Below the pieces are notes generated by a model. It was not told where the DNA came from and did no database searches. It worked only from the letters and a program-made list of their open reading frames with translations. This document shows positions 11,001-23,500 of a stretch of 64,000 nt of DNA, piece by piece. This DNA is from Flectonema sp. DT1601 (lineage: Eukaryota): the NCBI GenBank assembly GCA_964019425.1, contig OZ025798.1:186001-250000 (forward strand). Reading direction: 5' to 3'. The translations under genes were made by a program, and so were the position numbers. Each line of letters opens with the position of its first letter. The stretch's first letter is position 1.

Positions 11001-13364
11001 ATCTCCGTAGAGACTTTCCCAATATTTTATTATGTACATAAATGAATCAGAGATTGTCTCAGGTAGTTCTCTGATTAGTTCCAACGAACTCTCCTCCGAC
11101 GTTAATTTTAATTTATTAATTCGTAACACTTCAGACAATAATATCAAATAAAGAGGACACGTTCCGTGATCTTTAAAACAGACGGCATCTCCAGCATTTG
11201 ACGGTTGCTTAATCACACCTTGATCAATTATAGTGTTCTTTTCTTCACTGCATAATCCAGGTACTTTTACAGTTAAATGATGATGTAAGACAGAAAGAGA
11301 TTCCTGTCTTTCAAGACCTGTGAGAAGGACTTCGTATGGTTGTGGAGTTTTTTCTCGAAGTCTTTTTAATATTATGCTGTGAGATGCGACTGAGACAACC
11401 ATTCTCACGTTAACCGACAGTGACAACGGAAGGAACAAATCACCTTCATCGAGTGCTGCTCTCTCTATTCCTGATAACAATAATATTATCCTTTTTGAAC
11501 TAATCACGTTACTTGTTAATAATTTATTCCATTCCGATACTAAACTTCTCGTGTCCAATAGTTGAGTTGGTGGAGGTAATTCAAAAACACCCCTCACGGC
11601 AGTTATTAAGTGACGTAATAAATCACAAACAGATCTAACCTGACCCTCACCAATGAATAATGGAATGATCGCATACGTGTTTGAGTTAGTTGAACGTTTT
11701 AGTGACTGGCATAACCAAGAGATGAGAGTAGCCTTTCCAACACCTGTTTGTCCATACAAGACAAGTGGGTAGGTACAATCAATTTCTGGATCATAATGTT
11801 CACAGTAACGAAGAAGTTCCATTTCAGCTCCAGGACGAGATTGGTATCCAGAAAGTAGAACATCAGCAATAAACCACTGACGTGTTAATAAATCAGTTTC
11901 CCATTTCTCTCTCACAGAATACAACTCCTTACAACTCATTGACTTTGGAGGGTAATAAAGCTCTGCTGATGATATCACTTTTTCAACACGATCAGAGTAG
12001 TCTTTCTCCCAATTATTATAACCAATTTCCTCAGCAATCAAAGCCTCTGATGCGATATCAACAAAGCTATTCGATTCACAGACTGGTACATGTGATCTCT
12101 TTGAGTATATCTTATCAAAACAAACCAACAGTTGTGACACTACTGTTGCACAAAATATAGAAGGCATCGATGACTCTGAATAAGAACAAGACAAACAGAG
12201 TCTGTGCTGTAAGATACTTTGATACTTCTTTGGTTTCTGTACACAATTAGCAGTCGTGTTAAAGAAGACATGTAGACAGGCTGTTTGCTCTCGAAGTGGT
12301 GGCCGACGATTTCCATTTTTATCAGTGAGAGGTGGGTGGGGAGGTACTTTATCAAGTTCTTCTATCATGTATGAAATCACATCTTCGAGTATCCCACCAG
12401 TAGAGTCATCATCATCACAGAGAAGTAACACCCAGGGTAAAAAGAAATTAAATGAATCTCTACTAAAATCGATAGCTGCCTTCCAATTCAACATCGTTTC
12501 TGATTTATCATTTTGAATAACCATCGGCACGAGGGAAACTCCACGATCATGAAGAACACTATTCACATGAGGGAATATTTCTGATTTTAAAAGTCGAACT
12601 TCTCCACTCATCTTAGAAGGGTTACTCAAGATGACTGTTAAATGAATATGTCTGTGAGTGAATCTTGGTCGATATATTGGCTCACTGTTGATTCCTTCTA
12701 TTCTATTTGTTTGAATGTCACACAAACGAAGACGAATCCGATCACACCATTCAGGAGTGATGTGAGTATCAGTGATGTCAATAGATTCTAGTACAGTCGT
12801 GTTTCTTGCGAGTTCCGTCAACATTCTCGCTGCGGTAATTGACAAAGGATTACTACTCAGATCGATAGACGTCAGTCCTTGGTGATTCCTTACTATTTTT
12901 AGTAACTCAGTTAGTTGAGCTGCGTTTATATTTTGTTGACTTAACTTCAAGCATTTCATTCGTCGACTACATCGAAGCAGTTCGATAACAACCTGAAGTC
13001 CATTAGAACCCAAATGATTATCACTTGTGTCTAACTCTCTTAAAGCACATCTGTCATCTGTTGATGATGATTGTAAGTAGTTTAGTATTCCGCTGTTAGC
13101 TTTCACGCAGTATTCTTTACATAATTGAAGATATGAATTTTCTACTAAACTCGGAGTTCTTTTCGGTTTTGTGATCTCATTTTTAGAAGCCAACCTCGTC
13201 TTACTAACCTGAAGTGAAGATCTAGTCCCCGTATTGTGATATCGTTTGTTTGATTGAAATTTACGCAACTTACTAATTATTGAAAGAGGTTCTGAATGTT
13301 GATTTCCCCATCGTGTGATGCAAGCTGGTGGTAGTCGGACGTTGATATCGTCGTCATTCAACAT
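8072..13364 (-). CDS. LRR + DUF4062-like + NACHT/STAND-type NTPase + WD40 protein (TEP1/NWD-like). Three exons: 13364-9836, 9767-9646, 9574-8072
   Basis: Walker A LYGQTGVGKAT, N-terminal LRRs and many WD40 repeats (GHQ|GIVSCCDISPD...HVW; LSTIFSDGTLMIWD). Introns 9768-9835 (GTATGT..aaaaCAG) and 9575-9645 (GTTTGT..aaCAG) join the two track ORFs in frame. Confidence 0.85.
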
Positions 13365-13640
13365 TTCTATTTAGTGTAACTCAACTATAAATATAAATAT
13401 TAAAGAACTTTTAAACGTCAATACCAGAACGGCATATTTGCTCTCGGTAGATAAACGTAACAGAAGACACGGCGTACTAGCCAACACACGCACTTATGTA
13501 AAAAAATTTAAAAATAAAGAAAGAACTAACCAGTATGACTGTAGAGCAGTTAAGCTTGAAATCGTTTGTGGTAACCTACGCTGTGATTACGACAGCAACC
13601 AGAAGTTAGAATAAACCAATCTTTACATAAACTGACTCCT

Positions 13641-16600
13641 TTATGAGATCCCAAGTGTTTCCGCAAGCTGTTTTAAATTATTATTTAGCGTAGCAGAAAT
13701 ACTCCCAGGAAAAGAAAAAAAAATAAAAAGTACACACCTCAGCTACTAACGAACTACAAGTTGAGAACGATGCCAAGTAATCAGGTGGTGAATTCGGAGC
13801 GAACGTATTGTTAATTAAGTTTATTAATTTAATTAAATTGTAAACGACTGAAGGATCTTCAAAAACCATGGTAGCGATGACAGGAACATCATAAGAAAGG
13901 GTTGAGAGTACCAACTGTCCCAACTGTCTTTCCATAATGGAGAAAGCTTCAACTGCTGGTGTTACTTTGCTGCTAAGACAAGATATGGCAGCTTTCCCTT
14001 GTGATAATGAATATTCTATTAGGTTGTCACACAGTTCTATTGCGTCGTTTATGGAATTTGATGAAAACTTATCAGCAAGTCCTCCAACTATTGATTCTTC
14101 TGTGGCTTCAGACATTTCCATCTCATCTCGTGGATATGAACCAGCGGCAGTCATTAATTTATTTAATGAAATGATTCCTCCAACAGAGATATCTCCGTTT
14201 AGAATAAATCCACAGAGTTGATCGTAGTTTTCAAGTTTCCTGTCCAAGTCTTTGATGTCATGATCCAGACCGGGTTCCCCTTTTTCGTGTCGTTCTCGTT
14301 TATCTTCGCGTTGCAATTCGAGAGAGCGTCCTTCGAGTAACAATTTCAATTCGACTAACTTTCTAGTTCTCCAAGTTGGATGAGACAACAACTGAAGTAC
14401 CGAGTCGTAGATTAACGAACTTCGAACTTCAAATTGAGTAATCGGCTGTGAAGTCTTTGATTGTGAATCCGCTACCGTCTGGGCTGCCTGGGGTGTCTCC
14501 GGAGATGCACCAAAAGCAAAGAATGGATCGTTACCAAGTTGTGGAAGTGGAGGGGCCTCAGGTTTTGTATCCATATTAAGGTTATTCACAGGTAGTGGTT
14601 GTGGAACTGTTGTGAAGTTTCCAAATATTTCAGACTCGCGAACAACATCTTCAGACTTCCTAACATCACTCTCCGTACCGACATTCGGTGCAGCAAAGTC
14701 AGCAAAAGAATCATTACCACCACCACCACTGTTGTTGTTATTATCAGTTGTGACACTCAATTCTTTCGGTGCAGATGTAGCAAAATTGCCACCAGAATGC
14801 AAGTGAGAAAGGGGTGCAAGTTGGTTGTCTGCTGGTGCAAAGTCAGCAAAAGCTGGCTGTGTATTCGAAGGCTGTGAGGTGCTGAAGTCACCAAACTCGT
14901 TATTTTGCATGTCTGGAATTGGAGATTGCATGTCTGGAATTGCAGATGCTACGGACACTGTTGGTTGCGGCGAAACTGAGACGGGTTTAGCAGCAGAGAA
15001 GTCTCCAAACGCTTCCTCTGTAGGCTGCGTAATAGATTTAGCAGCAGAGAACTCTCCAAAAGTTTCAGCAGGCTGCGTGACGGGTTTAGCAGCAGAGAAG
15101 TTCCCAAACAATTCCGCGGCAGGTTTTTGTGTAGTTCCGCCTGCTGCAGGCGGTGGTACACTACTGCTGCTGAAGTCACCAAACATGTCATCAGCGGATT
15201 GCTTTGAATCTGCCGTAGGTAGTGAGGTACTATTGTTATTGAAGTCACTAAATGGTTTTTCATCTCCCGGAAGCGGCGGTGGCCCCGAAAAAGCCGGTTG
15301 AGGTTGGGAAGATTGAGGGGCAGAGAAATCACCAAATTGGTCATCAGCTGTCGAAGCTGTTGGTTGCTGACCAACTGGAGGTAGGACTGCAGTGTGTTTC
15401 TCGCTAATCGGTTGTTCTGTTTTCGATATCTGAGGATGCGACACAAAGTCACCAAAGTTATCATCATCAGCAACAGCTGGCTTTGTAATACCAGCTGATG
15501 TAAACTCCGCAAAGTCATTAGCTGGTTGAGGCTGACTAATGGTCGTCGCTTGTGGTTGCAATCCAGGCATTGGAGAAGGGGCAGTTGCAAATGCGCCAAA
15601 TTCTTGTGGTTGCTGGTGCTGTGGTTGCTGCTGATGTTGATGTTGGTGCTGATGTTGATGTTGCTGCGGTGGTACGTTGCTGATTGGAGCGCTCGTTGCA
15701 CCAGCAAAGTCACCGAAGTCATCATCGGTAATATCTCGTTCTGCCTGAGCTGCTTGTTGTGCTATTCTCTGTTTTGTTTGATTTGCAAACATCATAACCA
15801 ATCCGTTGGGGCGTTGCTGTGGAGCCACCTGCTGAGGCACACCAGCTGACTGCACTCCACCCTGCTGATGCTGCATGTAGTGATGGTGTTGATGATGATG
15901 CTGGTGTTGTTGCTGGCCACCAAATTGCTGCTGTGTTGCCATCATATTTTGCTGTTGCTGTGGTTGTTGCTGCTGGTATCCCATCTGCTGTTGTGGTTGC
16001 TGCTGGAAACCCATCTGCTGTGGTTGTTGCTGATGCCCCATCTGCTGCTGTGGTTGTTGCTGCTGGTCCATTTGCTGTTGTTGTGGTTGCTGCTGGAAAC
16101 ACATCTGCTGTGGTGGTTGCTGCTGGAAACCCATCTGCTGTGATTCCATTCGCTGCTGTTGTGGTTGCTGCTGGAAACACATCTGTTGTGGTGGTTGCTG
16201 CTGGAAACCCATCTGCTGTGATTGTTGTTGTTGGTGCCCCATCTGCTGTTGTGGTTGTTGCTGCTGGTGCCCCATTTGCTGCTGTGGTTGTTGCTGGTGC
16301 CCCATCTGCTGCTGTGGTTGTTGCTGCTGGTCCATTTGCTGCTGTTGTGGTTGCTGCTGGAAACACATCTGCTGTGGTGGTTGCTGCTGGAAACCCATCT
16401 GCTGTGATTCCATTTGCTGCTGTTGTGGTTGCTGCTGGAAACACATCTGTTGTGGTGGTTGCTGCTGGAAACCCATCTGCTGTGGTTGTTGCTGCTGGTA
16501 CCCCATTTGCTGCTGGTGCCCCATCTGCTGTTGTGGTTGCTGCTGGAAACCCATTTGCTGCTGGTACCCAACTTGTTGCTGTTGTTGTTGTTGAGGAGCA

Positions 16601-16647
16601 GCTTTGCTCTCCTGTACAAACCCATCCAGAAATTTATCCAAATCCAT
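13641..16647 (-). CDS. PolyQ and (D/E)FG(D/E/N)F-repeat protein, aftiphilin/gamma-synergin-like clathrin-adaptor accessory. Exons 16647-13738 and 13667-13641
   Basis: More than ten FGDF/FGEF/FADF/FGNF motifs in a disordered region. Intron 13668-13737 (GTGTGT..aaaaCAG) gives the C-terminus LAETLGIS*. Confidence 0.65.
15850..16592 (-). repeat. Coding minisatellite encoding M(G/C)(F/H/Y)QQQPQQQ units
   Basis: Imperfect ~30-nt units, with a higher-order duplication of QMESQQMGFQQQPPQQMCFQQQPQQQQMD. Confidence 0.9.
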
Positions 16648-17530
16648 GTTTTAGACAACCCGAAGTGGCAGCCCTGTGAAAATAACTTAACTAACAATCC
16701 GAGGCCATCTCACGTTACCCACCACAACATGATTTATCGCACTGATAGAAGTAGCTAATGAAGAATTAATGTAAACCTCAATTGTAATCTCATTAAAACG
16801 ACTCAAGCTTATTCCCTAGACAAATCATAACTGCTTCCACAAAGGATGAACAGTAGAAACGGATGACTTGGTTTACTAAACGTTGCCGCCTAATGAAGTG
16901 TTCGTGGCTTAAGTTCGATCCCGAGTGCGTCGTGCTTTGTACGATTATCTCGGGATACAATCACAGTAAAGGTTTACATGTTCGCAGTAGCGCTATCTTT
17001 GGGAATCCCAAGAACGAACTGCGAACCTCAGAAAAAGTAATAAAAACAAAACAGAAAAATCAGTAAATAATTATATTTTACATCTACTTCAGTGTAGTTG
17101 CTAGAAAAAGGAAAAAAAGAATTGGGGGTGTAAATAACTTAATTTTATTTTTTTAAAAAAAAAAAATAAAAAAAAAAGATTTTGGAACATACTTATGAAA
17201 AATTAAGATCAGAGATCTCTCTCTTTAATATTTTTCGTAAACAGTGCATTCTGTGTAAGTGACATGAAAACACTACCTAACAGCTGTAACAAGTATGTAT
17301 TTTGTAAATAAATAATATAAAAAAATAATTTTGTATTCGAGTTCAAGATTGCCGTTCGCTTATTAACAAGAGAAGGATCGCACGTTAAGTGTAGTTAGGA
17401 GTATTTTAAAATGTAAAAAAACAAAACTTTATGAGAGCATCAGTTCAGCGGCTGTCTATCGTCATCGTCAGTACCGAACCAATTATGAATCGCCTGTTTT
17501 TTATATAATAAGTTTACCAACACATTCATA

Positions 17531-20500
17531 TCACTTATCAATTACTTCACATTTGATATCACATTCTCCAAGTCGAACGACTGTGCATACCGGATTATTA
17601 GCATACTTCGTCGGAGGGTCAGGTGAGGGTGTGCGACTTCTGTTCTGTTTTTTTTTTTTTTTTTCCTTTTCAAATTAAATTACTAATCTCATTGAATATA
17701 ATGATATTGAATTAGAGATTGAGAAACTGTCTATTATTAATATAAAACATACTCGTATCACACCACCATAAGGAGTTGGTCTCGGAGGAGGCTGATCTCT
17801 TGGGAAGGGTTCACTAGATCTTCTAACAGGGTCAGCTATTGAAGATTCCGTAGCAGGAGTGACAGTTGGTGCCGCAGGTGAGTTTGGCTGTGTTATCGTT
17901 GGTGACATAACAGGTTCAGGTGTACGATATTCAAAAGGATCTCTAGCGTAACGATTGTTAACAACAGGTAGTGGTGGCGGTGGAAGAAGTTCAGGTGTCG
18001 GAGAGCGAGTCTCAGGAGAGGTTTCAAACTTTAGAGAAGACCTACCACCCGGAGCACTCAACGGACGAAGTTCAGGAGAGTTAATTCCTCTATCAGGTAC
18101 CATCAGTGGAAGTGTTGTTTGTTGAGAATCAAAAGAGTTCCGTCTGCTTTGATAAGTTCCACTTCGAGGTGAGATATGTGGAAGCAGTTGAGGAAATGCA
18201 ACTGGTGATGGGGGAAGATATGCCTCAGAGGAAGATTTCCGATTATGCTTACCAGTTTGATTGCTCCGATGTGACATTTCATTCGAACTCAATGACGTAG
18301 GTACCAAAGGGGGATGAAACAATCGCTCAGTCGGAACCACCTGCGTTGGAGTTGAAGTTGCTGGTGAGGCACTGGAACTTATCACAGCACCGTCAGAACT
18401 CAAGGGGCTCTGCGCCCAATTATTTTCCCCGTGAGTATTACCAAACGTTGTGTACTCTGATGTCGGGTTTATTGGAGACTTTGGGCTCAGAGAAGCTGGT
18501 GAAGATACTCCGCGATTTGAGTAAATAAAGTGATTGCCTGCTATTGTATTAAACTTATTGCCTTCAGTGTTGGTAATAGGAGGCTGCGGAGACGGCGACG
18601 GGGTCATCCCTACCGGAGTTGCCCATCCATTGGTGAGAGTTGGTGACGACACGTGGCCTCCTATCACTTGCTGTTGTGTTGGTCTGGATGAAATAGACTG
18701 GCGAGGTGATGCTTGCCAGGGAGATGGCGATGACGGAGCTCCCGAAAACATCTGAACTGGCTCCGGTGTTGTGTTTTGAGTAACAGGCCAAGGTGATGGT
18801 AACTGACGAGGTGATGCCGCAGTAGGCCAAGGTGATGGTAACTGACGAGGTGATGCCGCAATAGGCCAAGGTGATGGTGACGACCTGGCTCCCGAAACTG
18901 GCCCTGGTATTGGAGACGTTGAGTTTTGATTAACTGGCCAGGGCGATGGTGATTGACGAGGTGATGCTGCAACAGGCCAGGGTGATGGTGACGACCGAGC
19001 AGTTGAACTCTGCATTGGTAGTTTCAATAAAGGCTTTTGTGCCAGCAGAGGAGGAGAAGTCGAGAAGTTAGACCTACTACCCGGTGATTGATTTCTAACA
19101 GGTAAAGAATGATCAATATACTGCTGAACTGGTATTGGAGAAGTCGAGAAGTTTGATTGTCCACCTTCCACAGGCCAAGGTGACGGACTTTGTCGAGGTG
19201 TGAATCTATTTTGTTGTTGCGCACCCCAAGATGGAGACTGTTGTCTAGTGTTGCCGATACTTCTACCAACAGGAATTGGAGAGATACTTTGAAGCGAGTC
19301 AACAGTGCTTCCGGGCCATGGAGAAGGTTGTCGAGGAACTGGTGATACGGGTCGCCAAACAGGTCTATGAGTCGGTGACGGTACTGTAGAAGCAGCAGGT
19401 GTAGTTGGCCTACTTTGTATTAATTGTTGCTGCTGCTGATGATGTTCGTGCCATGTGAGAGATGGTTTCTGAAATTTCTTCGAAGTAACGATTACCGGAT
19501 CTAAAACAACAGAACTTTCTTCAAAAGCCGGCCACGCAGAATGTGACTTCAGGACGGTCTGTTTCCTGCCGTTGGTACTTTCAGATTGAACTCTCGGACT
19601 GATTAGAGAAGTTGGAGAATTAAATGGCATTCGATGAGAAGGAGAAACGCCTCCCATCCCACTCACAGGATTACAAAGTAATGGAGAAGTAGGACGAGAT
19701 TGAGTAGAGTTAGAAAAGGATATCGGACTGGGAGATCTTCTAACGGGGGCCAGAATCGGAGATCTTCCCGCAGGAGGTGGAGAGGGAGGAGTTGGGGACA
19801 TTCCCGGAGCTCTTAAAGGAGAGTAGCTCGCATTGGGTGATAATGATTTACCGACAGCAACGATAGGAGTGCCAACTGGTGACACACCAGATTGCTGAAT
19901 TGAGAAACTAACAGACTTAATAGGAGGAAGTGAAGACATCGGAGACATCATTCCTCCATCCTGAGTAACTGTTGACGGGGTTTGAGAATCCGTCTGAAAA
20001 GTAGCGACAGTCATATCACCTCCTCCTTCATCATCAGGATAGTTACCAACTTGAGTAATAACTGTCGACTCAACACCACTAAAAGTATTGTTTGGATTTA
20101 CACCAGTTTGAATGTACGCTGAGAATCCAGAGGATGCAGTGGATGCCTTTTCCATATTATCTTCATTTCTGTTATTTTCTAATTGGTTGATTTCCTTATT
20201 GTCAAGAGTAGCAGTTGGTTTTTCATCTTTCAACTTTTCATTCTCAGACTGTAGAAGTTCAGCAGCTGTCCGCTGGATGTCAGCATCACGTTTAGCGTTA
20301 GCAAGAAGCCAACGTGTTTGAGTTAGCTGTCCTTGTAGGTTAGCACATGCTTGACGACGCTGTTTTTGAACTTTGTGAAAGCTGTAGGCAGCCCATATAC
20401 GATCAACACAGTACCAGTGAACAATTGTAAATGCCGCCTCATCAGTAAAGAGACCAGGAATAAATCTACTAGCCTGTTTAGACTGTCGTGGTGTTAGTGA

Positions 20501-23500
20501 AAACATCCTGGCTGCGAATGCTGTGACTGTTCCTCCGAATTCAACGTTGAAATTATTATCGATCGGGATTGGGATCTCACCCAATCCTAAAATCATATTT
20601 AATGATGTTGAAGGCATCCTACCCCACAATGGAGACGGTAATGTTGTTAAGAATTTAACAAATAATCGACACGGCATCAATCGATTTCCATCAGGCAATG
20701 CAGCCAACCAACACCTTCTGTAAGTGTTGAAGGCATCGAAGACGAAAGTGTTGTCAAGTTGGTCCATCAGATCTCCAAACTGATCTAACACAACCGTTAT
20801 GAATAGATTTAATACAATAAATGATCCAATAATCATAAAACTATAAAAATACAACGCAACCCACAAAGCATTTGGTCCACAATCACCTCCATCTTCATCA
20901 CACAGAGGAGGAGATAATGAACAAGCAGACATGACATCTGTCCATGTCTCAGTAGTACTAACTTGATAAAGGGTTATTAACGCGTAATAGAGAGTTTGAA
21001 AATTTGAGTGTCGATGAAGTCGTCCAGGTCCACCAATCGCGACTTCACCAAAAAGATTAACTCCCACAACACCATAACAGAAGAATACGACTGCTAGTAA
21101 GAATCCAATATTGACTAAGTGAGGAACCGATCCTATTAAAGTTTGAAACAGTTCTCGAAGACCTTTCCACTTGTTGACAAGTCGAAACATTCGACCAACT
21201 CGTATGACACGAGCAGCTGTAGCTGATGAACCACTCCCTGTAACGAATAGTAATTGTGTTGTACTTAATATTATTATCATAAAGTCATATCTATTCCAGT
21301 TATCAAGAAAGTAACTGGTCGCTCCAAATCCAACCATTTTCAAAATACATTCAACGACGTAAATCGAGTAGAATATGTAGGATGATAATTTCAAAGTCGA
21401 TTCAAAGCTCTGATTCATATTATGATGTTCTAAAGACATAATAACTGTGTTGGTTACAATTATTGACATGACGATGTAATCGAACCAAATATTAGTAACA
21501 ATGGAATGACAGAATCTTTTTAATCTTCCATAAATACCAGATCTGGGTTGTAACGGAGGATGTTGAAGTAATTCAATCTGAGCAAGTGTTCTTTGAGACT
21601 TAACCCAATCTTGTTGTCGTTGAGTTAGACACCATGATCCTTCATTGCGTGCCTTCTGAGCTGCAAACTTATCAATAAGAACTCCTATGAATAGGTTCAT
21701 TGCCATGAATTGTCCAACTACTGCAAATAATACAAAAAACACTGCAACATAAGGACGTGAATCTCGTTTTAGAGATTTTGTATCTGATTGGCTATCAATT
21801 CCTGTTAGCATTATCGCAGCCCATCCTTCACCCACTGCACATTCAAATAATGCTGTAATCGCTGATCCAATGTGATCGAAATTATATCGAGTGTTCAGCC
21901 ATTCTCTTTCATGTTCTTCTTCATATTCACCAAAGGCATCTCTATGAACTACGATGTATGTTCCGTTACAGTGTTGGATGTCTTCAATTTGATCATCGTT
22001 GCAGTAGTAAAAGGATCCCATAAATAACTGAAGACCTACAATGCCGAATATCAACCAAGCAAATGAACAGACAAGAACAACATTACCCATTGCTGGTACG
22101 GCTTCGAATAGCGATGAAATTATTAATTTCACTTCGGTGCTCTTTACAGCTAATTTGATGATTCTAAGAGCCCGAAAAAAGAACAGGTTTTTAAAAAATA
22201 TTGCGATGGCAGCTGTGAAAACGACAAAGCAATCCAAACGATTCCAAGTGTCTCTGAGATAAGCGTTCTTTGCATTCCACAATCCGAAGACATAAATCTT
22301 TATTACCATCTCACAAAAAAATAAAATAGTAATCACAATGTCTAGTACTGATAACACTTTCGCTAATTCTGGTTTATGTTTCAGTGAGGGATCATTCATC
22401 GACAACACCACCGCATTGAGAACAATCAAAAACAATATAAAAATATCAAACGCAGGATGCAATACTACTTTAGCAGCACGTTGTTTATTTGTCAGAGCAT
22501 CGTCAACTAAGATATTATTTCTGCTGTAAAATTGATTATTACAATCAGCCCAGGGATCTTCTTCATTATCTTGTGGATGTTCATCTTTTACTGTTTTAGG
22601 ATTCCTTACTGAATATGTCCATATGCTGTCGAGAGGATTAAGATCTCTTCCTAATAAAAGAGAAACTTTAGCCTCGCTGGTGTACTTTCCTTTGACTCTA
22701 AACTTTGTGGCTTCGAGTACCTCATTCAGGATAACAATACGACTTTCACCCTTTTTGTGTTCCGTGTATTCAGGTTGTTCCCAAGAGTCTGTCTCATTAT
22801 GACAATATTGTAACTCGATTTCTGAAAATGTTTTCAGAAGCAGAACTCCAGCTATTTTCTCAGGTGTTGTAAATTCAAATTTAAACGGAAGGGTCATCCA
22901 ATCACTTGTCTCCCAACTCCAGTCCCAATGAACTTCATTTTCGAAGTCTTCCTGGACTTTCCAATTGCGATCTGATGGGTCCATTCTGAGTTCTTGTTCA
23001 GCGACGACAACACCTCCGGCTTCAAAACCACTTCTTCTTGGTAGAGGATATAAACTATCTGGTGCTTTTACAGTACTACCAATCTTGACTCTTGGCGGGT
23101 CGAATGATAAATAAGAAAAGAATGCTTCATTCTCTCCCTCTGAGAATTGGGTCAGCAGATCTGCTTCTTCTCTTTTCTTGAGTCGCAGACACAGACAGTC
23201 ATCGACGAGGATGGTTTCGAATCGTTCAGAGTCGGTTGGAGGTAAGTCAACACCACCTTGACGATAGGCGTCAATTGATAAATAAGAAATAACACCTCTC
23301 TGAGTAATGTACTGTTGAACATCAGCTCTTTCTATGAAAGTTGTTGCTACTGGAATCTCAGGTTGGAAACCAGTTGTTGGAAATTGAGCAACTGATCGAC
23401 GACGTAGAATCTGAACAAGTTCAAAGAAATTAAGACCAGACCGACCTCGATTACGTCCATCATTACTATGAGAGTTAACTGATGTTACTGTTGCTTCTTT

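Noticed and set aside
14825..16758. Several long overlapping ORFs (VVVAAG, LLLWLLL, ATTTA and SSSNH repeats)
   Set aside because: Shadow frames of the CAG/CAA minisatellite and the neighbouring low-complexity coding region, which lack stops in other frames.
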